This document shows positions 11,363 through 23,360 of a stretch of 64,000 bases of DNA, in pieces (the stretch's first letter is position 1; every line of letters starts with the position of its first letter). The DNA is taken from assembly GCA_965112155.1 (NCBI GenBank), contig OZ218102.1. The stretch is one strand, 5' to 3'. The notes below the pieces were generated by a model. It had not been told where the DNA came from. It saw only the letters and a program-made list of their open reading frames with translations, and ran no database searches. The DNA is from Podarcis liolepis. Its lineage: Eukaryota. The position numbers and the translations under genes were made by a program.

Positions 11363-11973
11363 TGGATTACTGCAACACGTTATATGTGGGGCTGCCTCTG
11401 AAGACAGTTCGGAAACTTCAGCTGCTGCAGAGTTTGACGGCCACGTCACTCACCAGTTTCAAGATGGTTTGAGCATATAATACCAATCCTGGCATGACTG
11501 TACTGGCTGCCCATTCGTTTTTCGGCCCAATTCAAAGTGCCGGTTTTACCTATAAAATCTTAAACGGCCCAAGACCACAATACCTCAAGGACTGCCTCTC
11601 CCCAATGAACTGACTCAGACCCTGTGATCAGCATCTGAGGCCCTTCTTCTTGTACTTCCTTCATGAGAGGTCTGGAGGGTGGCAACATGAGAATGGGTCT
11701 TTTCCAAAATGGCTCCCCATTTGTGGAATGCTCTCCCCAGGGAGGCTCGCCTGGTTCCTTTGTTGCATATCTTTAGGTGTGAGGCAAATACATTCCTCTT
11801 CCACCAGGCCTTTATCATTCGTTGTCCTTTGAAAATGCATTTGTGGAAGGAGAGGTTATGGGTTTGTTTCGTTCTTGTTTTTATTGTGTACTTTGTATTT
11901 TGATGCTGTGAACTGCCCTGAGATCTTCAGAAGAAGGGTGGTATCCAAATTTAACAAACAAACAAACAATAAA
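11363..11973 (+). mobile_element. L2-clade LINE 3' fragment
   Basis: DYCNTLYVGLPLKTVRKLQL, LYWLP, APHLWNALP motifs; A-rich/(AAAC)n tail. Confidence 0.85.
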
Positions 11974-12650
11974 GTTCAATGCATAATTCTGCCAGTGACT
12001 AAAATGTCCCTCACTTTCCCTGTTTATATAGCTTTTCCTTTAACCACGCATTGAAGGAAATGATGTTGACACTCCCCACTACAGCCAATATAGCAGTGAC
12101 CGGAGAACTTTGCTGTGTGTGGAGTATACTTCTCACTTCGCTGGGGGAATCTTTAAATAGCAAAGAACAGCAGCTCAAAGCTTCTTGAAGTACTTCAGCC
12201 TTGATTCCCCATGACAACAGCGACCTTGCTTATGTACCAACAGCATGAGAGAGAACTATTAAAATGGTACATGGAGAATCTGCAGTCAATTCAGAACTGC
12301 CAGAAGACTCTTATGAATGCCAGACTAATTAGATGGCTTGCATTTACAAATCCCTGAGGAGCAGGACCCATACCAGATGTATGTTAAGTGGCTGCAACAT
12401 GTTTCATAACTTGTGCTTTGGTACTGGGCTAGCATGGACTAAGAACCTGGATCGCCTGAACGATACATTCCTACATCAGAAAGAAAATGGGGTGGGGGGG
12501 AGCTGTTTCATGATATAAATATAGTGGATAATTGCTTCTAATCTTTCTCTTATAAATATGCCATCCTTCTGTGAATCTGTTTGTCCACCTTCTCCTCCTG
12601 AATCTGCCAGTGCAGCTTGCCTTCTGATCAAGACTGATATGAGAAATGAC

Positions 12651-12832
12651 TAGAGATAAAAGGACCTCTCAATTTAGGTTCTCTCAGTTCCTCATTTTTC
12701 CAGTTTTGGATTTGATTCTTCACATTTCTGCAGCAATTTGTGACTAAAAAACTAAAAAACAAAAAACAACCTCATGAAAATCCTTCAGCATTTTAGTGAA
12801 AATGTCTTTTAATAAACACACTTCTGTACACA

Positions 12833-12889
<57 letters not shown>

Positions 12890-12961
12890 GCAAGCAATTT
12901 CTCCTAACATGATATATTTGCCTTTAAATGAGAACGGAATTGAATTCCTCCTCATCCCCTA
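12651..12961 (-). mobile_element. TAGGGATG-ended hAT-like element containing (CT)n(CA)n at 12836-12889
   Basis: Ends tagagata.../...catccccta; homologous to 8075-8319. Confidence 0.6.
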
Positions 12962-14323
12962 AAAATTACATCTTTTGCTTTCCTAAGGTATTTGTGCATC
13001 ACTAGTTGTTTCAAAATATTGATGGAAATGCAAGTTTTAAATAATGCAGTGCAGAAAGGCAGCATCCACACTTTTGTGTATATCTGATTTGTGCCCGTGT
13101 ATGTTCCTGATCCAGCAAGATTGCCTTAGCTGGAGCAGGAACTAGGCATTTAAGATTCTCATCCCAGTCATAAATCAAGTGTGACTCTTGAATGGTCAAG
13201 TGTTTCCCAGTGTTTTTTCTCGATATGTTTTTTTGCTATAGGCTTTAGCAGCAAATGAAGAAGTGTGCCATGCATTTCCCCAGTGAAAGAGCGAGTACAG
13301 ATCACTGCGATGGAACATCCATGCAGGACTGGATGGGTTTGTAACAGACACATCAGGGAGGCAGTCTGGTCCACTGGTGAGATGAGAGCTGAAGCCGCTC
13401 TCACAACAGTCCTGTGGCATTTAACACAAGCCTTCTACCACATCTACTATGCAACTAACATATTGATAAAATATCACCCCATCCCTGTTTTGCCAAATGC
13501 AAAGGTTCTTCTTGGATTTAATGGCCGCAACACAAGTGGAGGACAAGTTCCCTCCTGTTCATGGAGTCTGGCTATAGAGTTCAAAGTTCATTTATGGTAC
13601 TGAATTCTAAACAGCAAATATCCACAGCATGAATATTACATACTAAACGCCATACTAATTAGTTTGTTACTGTTAAATGTACCAAATAGTATTAATCTAT
13701 ATTTTGGGCATAATTTTGCAAAGCAAAACAATTTACAGCTTATTAACTGCAGTGGTTATTCCATGTCTGCAGAGCATTCCATGTCAAGATGGAGGGCAAG
13801 TGGGCACCCTATTAAATGACAGGGCAGGAGCTACACAGAGCAGGGCCTTTTCACTGGTGGTGCCCATTGTATGGCTCGTTCTTCCCAAGACCTGCTCTAT
13901 TTTGGCCTGTATTTTGGAGCTTTATAAATTAGGAAGACTTTGGAAGAACTGGTTGACAAGTCTTATCAGTCGCTGACGTATGAGCAGATTTAATTTACTG
14001 CTATTCTGGGCTTCTGCTGCACCAAGGTTTACACCAGTGTAATAGAGTTATATCCAAATGCAGACAGTAACAGCTGTCGGGACATTGCAGCACCAGCAGC
14101 CACTCCTGTAGCACCCTTCAAAATTCTGCCATTACCTACCAACCACGATGAGGCACATTGATGAGGCACATTTGCCAGGCAGGGAAGGCACCAACCAACA
14201 ACTACTGCAACCATGATGAAGTGGCCTCGCATGGTTCACACCCCTTGACACATAATTTGCCAGCCTGCTGTCAGGGCCTGCCCACAAGGTTTCCCCTTAG
14301 GAGGCTGTGTGCAGCTAAACAGC

Positions 14324-14463
14324 TTCTTCTTTTCTGATCACTCATAGCCGAGTAAGATTGTCTTCCATGAACACGGTCTTAACAGTGAGTCCATAAGTGA
14401 CTGTGGAGGCCAATTCTGGATCCACACATCCTTCCACAGTGGGGTCATAGGTTTCCCAACAGG
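14324..14463 (-). mobile_element. RTE-clade LINE 3' end with C-terminal C2H2 finger
   Basis: Minus strand reads GNL*PHCGRMCGSRIGLHSHLWTHC*, then a short UTR and GAA tail. Confidence 0.8.
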
Positions 14464-14479
14464 TGTTTGGGGGGGGGGT

Positions 14480-14690
14480 TGGATGCTTCACACATATGCA
14501 AAATTTTCAGCGTCCACATGACATTGTTGGCTTCAAAATGCCAGCCTATGTGTCCCCCTTGCCCCCTGGTTGTCTGGAGAGGTCATTTCAGGGTTCGTAT
14601 AGAGAAGCCGTTTTCAACAGAGCCCAGAGACAGAAGCACACTGCTGTATTGAGGCAACACCGGGTATTGAAATTTTGGGCCCCTAACAAT
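14480..14690 (+). repeat. Unclassified interspersed repeat; inverted homologue at 51645-51855
   Basis: ttgtctggagaggtcatttc...gagaagccgttttcaa...gctgtattgaggc matches the reverse complement of the 51645-51855 region. Confidence 0.7.
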
Positions 14691-14816
14691 TATGCAACCC
14701 AGGTTAACTGCCCCTGTAGGGCCCCCACATTACACTGCTGAAATTCAGTACATATCTAAATGAGAAGTCAACCCTACTGAGTTTAATGGGATTTACTGCC
14801 AGGTAAATGTGCATAG

Positions 14817-15313
14817 ACAGCATCTTAAAAAGCAGAGAGATCACCTTGCCAACAAAGGTCCGTATAGTAAAAGCTATGGTTTTCCCAGTAGTGATGTATG
14901 GAAGTGAGAGCTGGACCATAAAGAGCTGGCCGAAGAATTGATGCTTTTGAATTATGGTGCTGGAGGAGACTCTTGAGAGTCCCATGGACTGCAAGAAGAT
15001 CAAACCTCTCCATTCTGAAGGAAATCAGCCCTGAGTGCTCACTGGAAGGACAGATCCTGAAGCTGAGGCTCCAATACTTTGGCCACCTCATGAGAAGAGA
15101 AGACTCCCTGGAAAAGACCCTGATGTTGGGAAAGATGGAGGGCACAAGGAGAGGGGGACGACAGAGGACGAGATGGTTGGATAGTGTTCTCGAAGCTACA
15201 AACATGAGTCTGACCAAGCTGCGGGAGGCAGTGGAAGACAGGAGTGCCTGGCGTGCTCTGGTCCATGGGGTCACGAAGAGTCAGACACGACTAAACGACT
15301 AAACAACAACAAC
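14817..15313 (+). mobile_element. Bov-B (RTE) LINE, 5'-truncated
   Basis: KAMVFPVVMYGSESWT, RVPWTARRSN, LKLRLQYFGHLMRREDSLEKTLMLGK; (CAA)n tail; 12-bp TSD aaatgtgcatag (14805-14816, 15314-15325); inserted in a small MITE (about 14737-15335). Confidence 0.96.
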
Positions 15314-16399
15314 AAATGTGCATAGGATTGCAGCCTTAATGTATTTCTACCAGCACATGTGCAGCAGTTACTGGACACAATAGTTAGTGCCCAACACACC
15401 TTGGGGTTATTGATTTAAGGCCTCCGTTGCTGGCAATGATTCGTGAGGTTTTATTGCTTGACTTCTAGCTTTCTGAACCTTGTTTGTTTGCCTCCCCTCT
15501 CCTTCTATCCTGCTCCCCACCCCATCCCCGCTATTTCAAGCCCTAAAACCCTTCTGCTATCATGAGCTGAAATAGAGCGTGCCACATTACAGCTGAATCC
15601 AGCCACATCAGTATGTCTAAACTCGAATATTGATATGCTATAGCAAGTCGCTACATCACAATTCACATCAAATTAATTGAGCCCTTCATGCATCGATATT
15701 TAGTGCTTTGTTTATTGCTTCTTTGTTATACAGGGCAATTAACAAATTGGCAATGTGCAGCACTTTAGAAAGCCTGGAAGTCCTCGGGTCAAAGAACCGT
15801 GCAAATGATTAACGAAGAAGTCTGAACAAAGAAAGATTTTTCTCTCTCGTTAAAGTTTATTTTTAAAGAAAGCTTTGGGAACCAGACGATGAATTTTCTC
15901 TGATTTTTTTCTGGATTATGCCGGCAGTCTTGCTGAGAAGCAAGTTGCTCATACCTGTATTATTCTAGTGACATTTTTTATTGTGGTTGCTCAATAAGTA
16001 TGTCAATAGGTGGACTGAGTGTGCATGGAGGATCCCACCTCAGGGGAAGGCGCCAGCTACAGGAACTTCATGGCATCTTTCTCCTTCTAGCTAATGATTC
16101 TGGGGTATGTAAACATGTACATTTAGAATATCTCCCAAACCACTTTAGTCTGCAGAATGGGCAGTTTTTACAAGCACCATGCTGTGTCCATCCCTCACTT
16201 GGAAAGAACCAATATTTCCGTGTGGCATCACGTCCACTCTGAAGCTCCATCACCATTGATATTAGGTAGACACTTTTAGACATGCCTACTGAGATATGTA
16301 AACCTGACACGCATCTTAATAGGTAATTTTCTGGTTTTATTGGGAAGAGATTTTAGGTCAGCTTGTTCACTTCAGACTTTTGTTGATCAGTTCAATGTA

Positions 16400-17031
16400 C
16401 CACATTTTTCTGTGTATAGAACGCCCCCGTGTATAAGACAACCCCTATTTTTGTAGACTCCAATTGAATAAAATGGGGGGAGATGGCTCAGAGTTGTTGA
16501 GCTTTTTGGGGGGGAATTGCCAAAAGTTCTTGAGCTTTTTTTGTAGGGGAGTGCCAAAAATCACTCACCCGCCCCTTACAAATGCTGCTAATTGTAAGCG
16601 TCACCAAAGCCACAAAGCGTCTGCCCGCTCGCCCCCAGCAGCCGGCCATCACATGCCCAATTGCCGCAGCAGCAGCAGCCAATCCAAAGCAGCCCTTGCC
16701 ACAGCCACCAATCACCCACCAAAGCTCCTGCTCACGGCTGCAATCAATCAGTGGCGTAGCGTGGGGGGTGCAGGGGGGGCGGCCGCACCGGGCGCAACAC
16801 CTGGGGGTTAGGGTTAGGGGGCACAAATCCACGGGTTAGGGGGCGCAAATCCACGGGTTAGGGGGCGCAAATTACTTGCCTTGCCCCGGGTGCTGACAAC
16901 CCACGCTACGCCACTGCAATCAATCGCCAGTCCCCCACCCCAAATGTACTATCCGTGTGTAAGATGACCCCCGATTTTAAATATTATTTTATAGTAAAAA
17001 AAAACCTTGTCTTATACACGGAAAAGTACGG
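16400..17031. mobile_element. Tc1/mariner (Tc2/pogo-like) non-autonomous element
   Basis: TA-ccacatttttctgtgtata ... tatacacggaaaagtacgg-TA; related ends at 56771-57182. Confidence 0.75.
16749..16916. mobile_element. hAT MITE with GGGTTA-containing 22-bp tandem units, nested
   Basis: TIR cagtggcgtagcgtggg/cccacgctacgccactg; perfect TSD caatcaat (16741-16748, 16917-16924). Confidence 0.92.
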
Positions 17032-17557
17032 TATATTTTATGTAAACCACTTAGAGGTTTCGACAATTAAATGTGATACACGTTTTATTAAATAAAATAA
17101 TGTTCAAAGATGTGTACATGCAACAGTCACTGATCTGATCCTCACACCGAAAACTTTTGGCACTCAAGTCAGTGTCTGACTTTCTGGTCAGCCCATGTGG
17201 CTTGCAGGACCCACATTCAACAACAGAACTCACTGAAGCAACTTCATAATTGAAAGTGTTATTTGCATTTCATTAGCATTGCCAACATTTATTTTAATAC
17301 AATTAAAACCAGAATAGCATTTAATTTGGTTTTAATAAGATAGTTAATGTGTGATAACTGAATGCCAATGGATTGCTAAGGGGAAAATTAGCAATCAATT
17401 GAAATCAATACATCAGATATAAATCTTGTTGCCGTGCCATTAACGCAAAATTGCACAAATAATAAATGTCTAAGCAGATTCTCTGTAATGAAGAGCTGTA
17501 CGTATTTATTAAGAGTTATCTGGGTGCTTGTCACTTCTAGTAGAGCATTAATAGACT

Positions 17558-17749
17558 GTTGTTGTTGTTGTTTAGTCATTTAGTCGTGTCCGACTCTTCG
17601 TGACCCCATGGACCAGAGCACGCCAGACACTCCTGTCTTCCACTGCCTCCCGCAGTTTGGTCAAACTCATGCTGGTGGCTTCGACAACACTGTCCAACCA
17701 TCTCATCCTCTGTCGTCCCCTTCTCCTTGTGCCCTCCATCTTTCCCAAC
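17558..17749 (-). mobile_element. Bov-B LINE 3' end
   Basis: Close reverse complement of about 15122-15313; (TTG)n tail; possible TSD agact. Confidence 0.95.
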
Positions 17750-18610
17750 AGACTATCATGTCCAAATCTGACCAGGCCTCTTCTTCTTAGATGCTCTAGT
17801 TCTCTTATTTATTAAGGCACAAACACACATAGATCTGGTTCCATGACCTTAAAATACTCAGGACTGGATTCAACTAAGTGCAATAGGACTTCCCTCTCCC
17901 CTCCCCCACCCACCATGCATCTTTGCTCCCCCCCCAAAAGGAGAGGTGAGCTTGTTCTGTGGGCAAGAAGAAAGGCTTGCTCTGACTGAACATTTGTGTT
18001 AGCTCCACACTGAGTTCGCCCCTCTGATTTCTCACACGTATGGAGAGGCTGAGGGACATTACTACAAATGGGTGTGAGGGTCAGTAATAAAAATAAATCC
18101 CCCTGGATTGGCCAATGTTGGGTTACCCAGCTCTGGAGCTGCGACTAAAAGGTTACTCAAAGGTTTGTTGCTGGAAGATGATCTGCCTTTTGTAGTCATG
18201 TCTTAGCGAAGTCACACACACAAAAATCTAGTTTCCTTAGAAACTGGACCTTTTTGATGCTTTCAGCTGATGGGCGCCTACGGATTATTTTCTTCTGCTA
18301 AGAAAACACACGTGTAAATGAGAAATGAAAAGCGCGGTAGGCAATGGAAATGGTTATCATATCGTTATGCTCACCCCACTTCTTCAAGAGATGAGACTTT
18401 CAGGGGTGCAGCCCTTACCCAGCTCTGCATTGCTTTGTAGGCAGCTCCCCGGAGGCTTATCAAGCTTGCCTTTCTTGACCAGGAGACCTTCTGTCTGCAA
18501 AGCATGTTATCTCCCACCTACCGAGGGGTTCTTGTCATAAAGAAAGACGTTTTGGAGAGTGCGATTCAACCAATATTAAGTAAATGTGGGTTTCATCTAG
18601 AGTGATGGGA

Positions 18611-18748
18611 GAATCATAGAATAGTAGAGCTGGAAGGGACCACGGCGATCGTCTCATCCAACCCTCTACAATGCAGGAATCTTTTGCCCGACGTTTGGCT
18701 CAAACCCACAACCCTGAGATTAAGAGATTCATTCTCTACCGAGCTACC
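18611..18748 (-). mobile_element. Short SINE with tRNA-Lys(CTT)-like head and CR1 tail
   Basis: Minus strand: tagctcggtagagaatgaatctcttaatctcagggttgtgggtttgagcc, then gattcctgcatt...gtcccttccagctctactattctatgattc. Confidence 0.75.
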
Positions 18749-19271
18749 CTGTGGGCTGAAGCATGCCTCCTAGTGCATTGGATGTTTACTCAGAAGTAAG
18801 TCCTGCTGAGTTTCATGTGCTTAACTTTAGCCGGGTCGTGTCCTGGTTGTTCTCAGTCCTGAAAAGTTACTGAAAATGGTAAAGAATTAGGGGGAAAGGT
18901 TAGCAACTATTACCCTTCTCCCTCCCCCCCTCTCCGCGCCCTCACTCCCAAGTGTGCACCCAACACACAGAGGCAGAAGAGGGACTGCACCTGCTTGCCC
19001 TGCCCTCAACATGTGTGCATTTAGTGCAATATTTGTAAGAGGTTCTAACCCCCCCCCCATGCTTCCTGGGCTCTGTATTGCTTGGAGAGCATATACACAA
19101 CTTCCTCATCTTTATCCGAAATGCTCACTTCTAGAGTCTTCCCACATTTCAATTCTTTCTGGGAATTTAAAACTGTGCTCCTATTCACATAGTAAATACA
19201 GCTCATCTGGAAATGGGCTGATGTTCCAGTGTATCGGATAACTATCAGAAGCAATGAGAGTTGGTTTAGAC

Positions 19272-19407
19272 CAGAGTTTCCCAAACTTGGGTCTCCAGCT
19301 GTTTTTGGACTACACCTCCCATCATTCCTAGCTAACAGGACCAGTGGTCAGGGATGATGGAAACTGTAGTCCCAAAACAGCTAGAGACCCAAGTTTGGGA
19401 AACCCTG
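19272..19407. mobile_element. hAT palindromic MITE
   Basis: Same family as 4792-4927; TSD gtttagac/ttttaggc (6/8). Confidence 0.9.
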
Positions 19408-20184
19408 TTTTAGGCGGTAGCTTCATCAGGACATAAATTTCTGTGTTATGTCCAACGTTTTCAGGAGTTTAAGAGAAATGTCAAATGAGGGACTTTGACG
19501 TATTCTAGTGTTCCAACTGGCACAATTTAATAGTTCACATTGAGGCAATGAATAACCATTTTGTTTCATGAATGAACCCAGCTTAGTGCAAGCATATTTT
19601 GCCGAGGTAAAATCCGACATATGAATTATTCACTGAGGAATGGGATGAATGGATCCACGCTGGCTAAAGTTGCTTGATGAGACGGGGCCCAGTAGACGCT
19701 GACAAAGGACAATGGCTAGTTTGTGAGAGTGGTACAGGGCTCCGCCACCCTAGTTAAGATCCTTAAAGAGTCCATGGGACTTTTTGTCATGTACGTCACA
19801 TTAAGATGGATTCTGGGTACCAAAGAACAGTGGTGCATATCATCATCCCCCTTTAAAAGCATTTCCCCGTAGAAACAGGGCAGTGGTGAGGAGAGCCCGT
19901 CTTGTTTGGTTGAAGCATAGCTCTAAAGAAAATGTATCTAAGATCAGTTCAAGAATAAACGGAGGACTCAAAGTCTACGTATCGCTCGACAGCCTTGTAG
20001 AGGATGTGACAGCCAGAAACAACATTAGCAAATCCTTCACACAAAAAGATCTGGCAGCCTCTCATGCCACAATGGTAGAATTCAGGCAAGAATCAAGAAT
20101 CAAAGAGGGAAGAATTAGATACAACTTAGAGAACTTATCACAATCCAAATGACTCATTCCACAAGACTACACATGCACCCATGT

Positions 20185-20295
20185 GCATTAAGGGCAAAAA
20201 ACCTATCTAGTCCAGCATCCTGTTCTCACAGTGGCCAACCAGATGCCTACAGGAAGCCTTCAAGAGAACGCAACAGCATTCTCCCAACTTGTGAT
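20185..20295 (-). mobile_element. CR1 3' end fragment
   Basis: atctagtccagcatcctgttctcacagtggccaaccagatgcc. Confidence 0.65.
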
Positions 20296-21379
20296 GCTTG
20301 GCAACATACTGCACCACTAGGAGGAGAATATAACCTGGTCCTCTATGAATTGGTCTATGAATTCCCTTGTTAAAGTCGTCCAGGCTGCAGGAGTGAAATC
20401 CCAAAGCAGCTTCACCAGATCCAGGGACCATGAGCCACTAATGGGCTTGTACAAAGTGTCAGACAGAGCGCTGATCAGTCTATCTCAGTGATTGGTCAGT
20501 CTAGCCCAATCTAGCTCAGGGTTGTCTGCAACGATGGCCAGGTTCTCACACAATATGAAGATCTGGAGATACCAGGCCCTGAGACAGCTTCAAAACACAT
20601 GGGTTTTTAAAATGCAAAAGGTTTGCCCTCTGCTGAAAGCATGAGTGGCAGAGCCAAGCATATATCCCCAGGAAGGAAGTCCCAAATTGGTAGCACCACA
20701 TAGAAAATCTAGCAGCCAGTATAGCTGAGCAGACAGAGGTATTAATATACTTCTATATTCTGTACCTGTTGTATTCCACTGGCCAGCTCCTAAATAATGT
20801 TCAACTTAGAGCATATTGCATTACTTCATTCGAGGTGATACTGAGGCTTAAATGACAGGGGCAAGAGATACAGTGTGTTGGCCAGTGTTTGCTGTCACTG
20901 GTATAAATGCAGCAATTCTCTTTCCCGCCTAACATCCCGATCTGGTCTGTGTTAGGCATTAGCTCCTTCTGGACCATTTCTTTGGGAATAACCCATCAAA
21001 CATTATGTCCGTGTGTGTGGAACCTGAGTTATGTTCCAAGCGTATCTCAAAAACATGTGGGTTAATGCAAGCCACTTGTAACCTAGCAAGATGCAATTCA
21101 GTTTTCTCCGAAATCTGATGAATGAGCTACAGAGCTCTCTTGCACATTACTGTGACCTGTTACTCTGCAAATCTCTGAAGTGTGTACTCAATTAGAATGG
21201 CTTTTGCAGGGCAGGAAGTGAAAGGAGTGATAGCATGTCTCATTCATGTAGCTTTGAATCCAAGCAGAAGAATTGCTGTTGTTTTCAGTCATGACATATT
21301 GTAGGGCAAAAATAGCAGGGGGTTGGTGGGAGGGGGACTTGATGAAACTGGAGAAGTATTAAGAGAAAGAGGCCTACTA

Positions 21380-21411
21380 TTTGTTTGTTTGTTTGTTTGT
21401 TTGTTTGTTTG
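21380..21411. repeat. (TTTG)n microsatellite, tail of the adjacent old SINE
   Basis: Read directly. Confidence 0.9.
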
Positions 21412-21412
21412 C

Positions 21413-21875
21413 ATTTATATCCCCCCTTTCTCTCTAAGGAGCTCAAGGCAGCATCCATGGTTCTTCCCCAACTCATTTAATCCCCAGTGTGAGCCAGTGT
21501 GGTGTAGTGGTTCAGAGCGATAGACTCGTAATCTGGGGAACTGGGTTTGCATCTCTGCTCCTCCACATGCTGCTGCTGGGTGACCTTGGGCCAGTCACAC
21601 TTCTTTGAAGTCTCTCAGCCCCACTCACCTCACAGAGTGTTTGTTGTGGGGGAGGAAGGGAAAGGAGAATGTTAGCCGCTTTGAGACTCCTTCGGGTAGT
21701 GATAAAGCGGAATATCAAATCCAAACTACTCCTCCTCCCACAGCAACCCTGTGAGGGAGGTTAGGCTGAGAGGCAGAGACTGGCCCAACGTGAGTTTTAT
21801 GGCCAAGTGGGGATTTGAACCTGGGTCTCCCAGGTCATACTCCAGCACTCTAATCACTCCACCGGACTGGATCTT
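21413..21875 (-). mobile_element. Older Squam3/MIR-like SINE split by a younger opposite-strand SINE
   Basis: aggagctcaaggc...tttaatcccca | caaccctgtgagggaggttaggctgagag...ggatttgaacctgg. Confidence 0.75.
21491..21735 (+). mobile_element. Young Squam3-type SINE
   Basis: gagccagtgtggtgtagtggtt head, gtgaccttgggc CORE, gatatcaaatccaaact-like end; near identical to the copies at 28913 and 49376. Confidence 0.88.
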
Positions 21876-22134
21876 TCTCTAAATCCCCACCACCACCACC
21901 ACAACGTTTCATCCTGTGTTTTTCCTCACAGATTAATGGGAGCAGTTTAGGATCTGTGCAGAAAGACCTCAGTGATGTGGAACTGCAGAAGTGATAAGGG
22001 TATCTATTCACCTCCTATTAAAGACACATTGCCAAATTAATCATGAGCAATGTTTACTGAGGACACAAGCCACATCATTAAAATTGTTTTAATAACAATT
22101 TTATTAAAGGTTTTTAACATATTGAGCACTAAAA

Positions 22135-22135
22135 T

Positions 22136-22177
<42 letters not shown>
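22135..22177. repeat. (CT)n(AT)n microsatellite
   Basis: Read directly. Confidence 0.93.
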
Positions 22178-23124
22178 ATTGTAAAACACAATTATATAGA
22201 ACTTTCACCACAGATCAATTCTTCAGTGCAAGATGCATTCTTCATTACAACTTATGTAGAAGTGTTCATCCACCAACATCATTTTAATATTTCTCCTAGT
22301 GCACCAAAAATAGCTAATACCAGATAAGATAACAAGTATTTAGCTTATTTGTCACTGGATGATTTTTTTTCAAGGTATACTTCTGTTGTTCAGTATTAGT
22401 AATACAATTGACATCCTGTAATTATGACATAGCCCAAAAACAGAAATCCTACACTAAGTTTAGGAGTTTGGTTGGAAAGATTTTGAAGGTCAAAGCTGAA
22501 GCATGAACCATATGCATTATAAGAAAATAAGGGGACATAGCTGGAGTGGGCAATGGGAGTGAGAGGGCAGACAATGAGGGAACAGAGGAATAGCAATAAC
22601 AACAGTTAAAAGAAATTAATGGAATGCCCAAGATAATTGCTATTTTGCAAAGATGATGGAAGCGGATGACACATTGATACCAGATGTGCTGAAATGTTTT
22701 ATGGGCTGTCATTCAAAAGCTGGCTTTAATTTGTGCATTTTTTTTCATGACTATTCTATATGTAATGGCATAATAAGATCCAATTAGGCATAAAAATAAG
22801 AAAGAGCCAGTGGGCGGAAGCTTTTAAGTTAGATAAATACCGACTGGAAAAATAAGGCACATGGCGGTCTTAGCAGAAAGCATGGCTGAGCAATGTGTTT
22901 TGGAAGGAAGAGGGGGAGGAGCCACCATTTCAATCCCTCTTCACTGAGATCTTGCTGCCACTGTGGTCCCAACATGTCAGCAGCCAATGGTGTGAAATTT
23001 GGATTGGAAAGGCGGGCTAAAGGCTATTGAAAATGCATATGCTATTGTGGATTCTTCACCCAACTCTAGTTCGTCCAAATGACCATTCTTACATGGCTAT
23101 ATATGGCTTCCTGTTCAATCAATG

Positions 23125-23360
23125 TTGACTCTTCAACATCAACTTCGTTTGACTGGTCATGTTGGGTGGATGCCTGATTATCGTCTTCCAAAGCAACTAC
23201 TCTATTCCACACTTGAAAACGGAATGTGTAATACTGGTGGTCAACAAAGGAGGTTCAAAGACTCTCTCAAGGCAAATCTATTAAAAATGTAGTATAAACA
23301 CTGACAAGTGGGAAACACTGGCCTCCAAGCGCTCCAGTTGGAGAACAGCAACAAAGGTGC
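23125..23360 (+). mobile_element. RTE-clade LINE ORF fragment
   Basis: LQHQLRLTGHVGWMPDYRLPKQLLYS...GGQQRRFKDSLKANL / WETLASKRSSWRTA. Confidence 0.85.

Noticed and set aside
14463-14741. ORF similar to 51518-52033 (EAVFN motif), looking like paralogues
   Set aside because: Similarity is explained by a shared interspersed repeat; no splice or domain support
19740-19830. SPW...DG motif reminiscent of Gypsy RT
   Set aside because: Wrong spacing and no flanking RT motifs
21932-21994. Acceptor-like site followed by INGSSLGSVQKDLSDVELQK*
   Set aside because: No good donor; phase incompatible with exon 264-410
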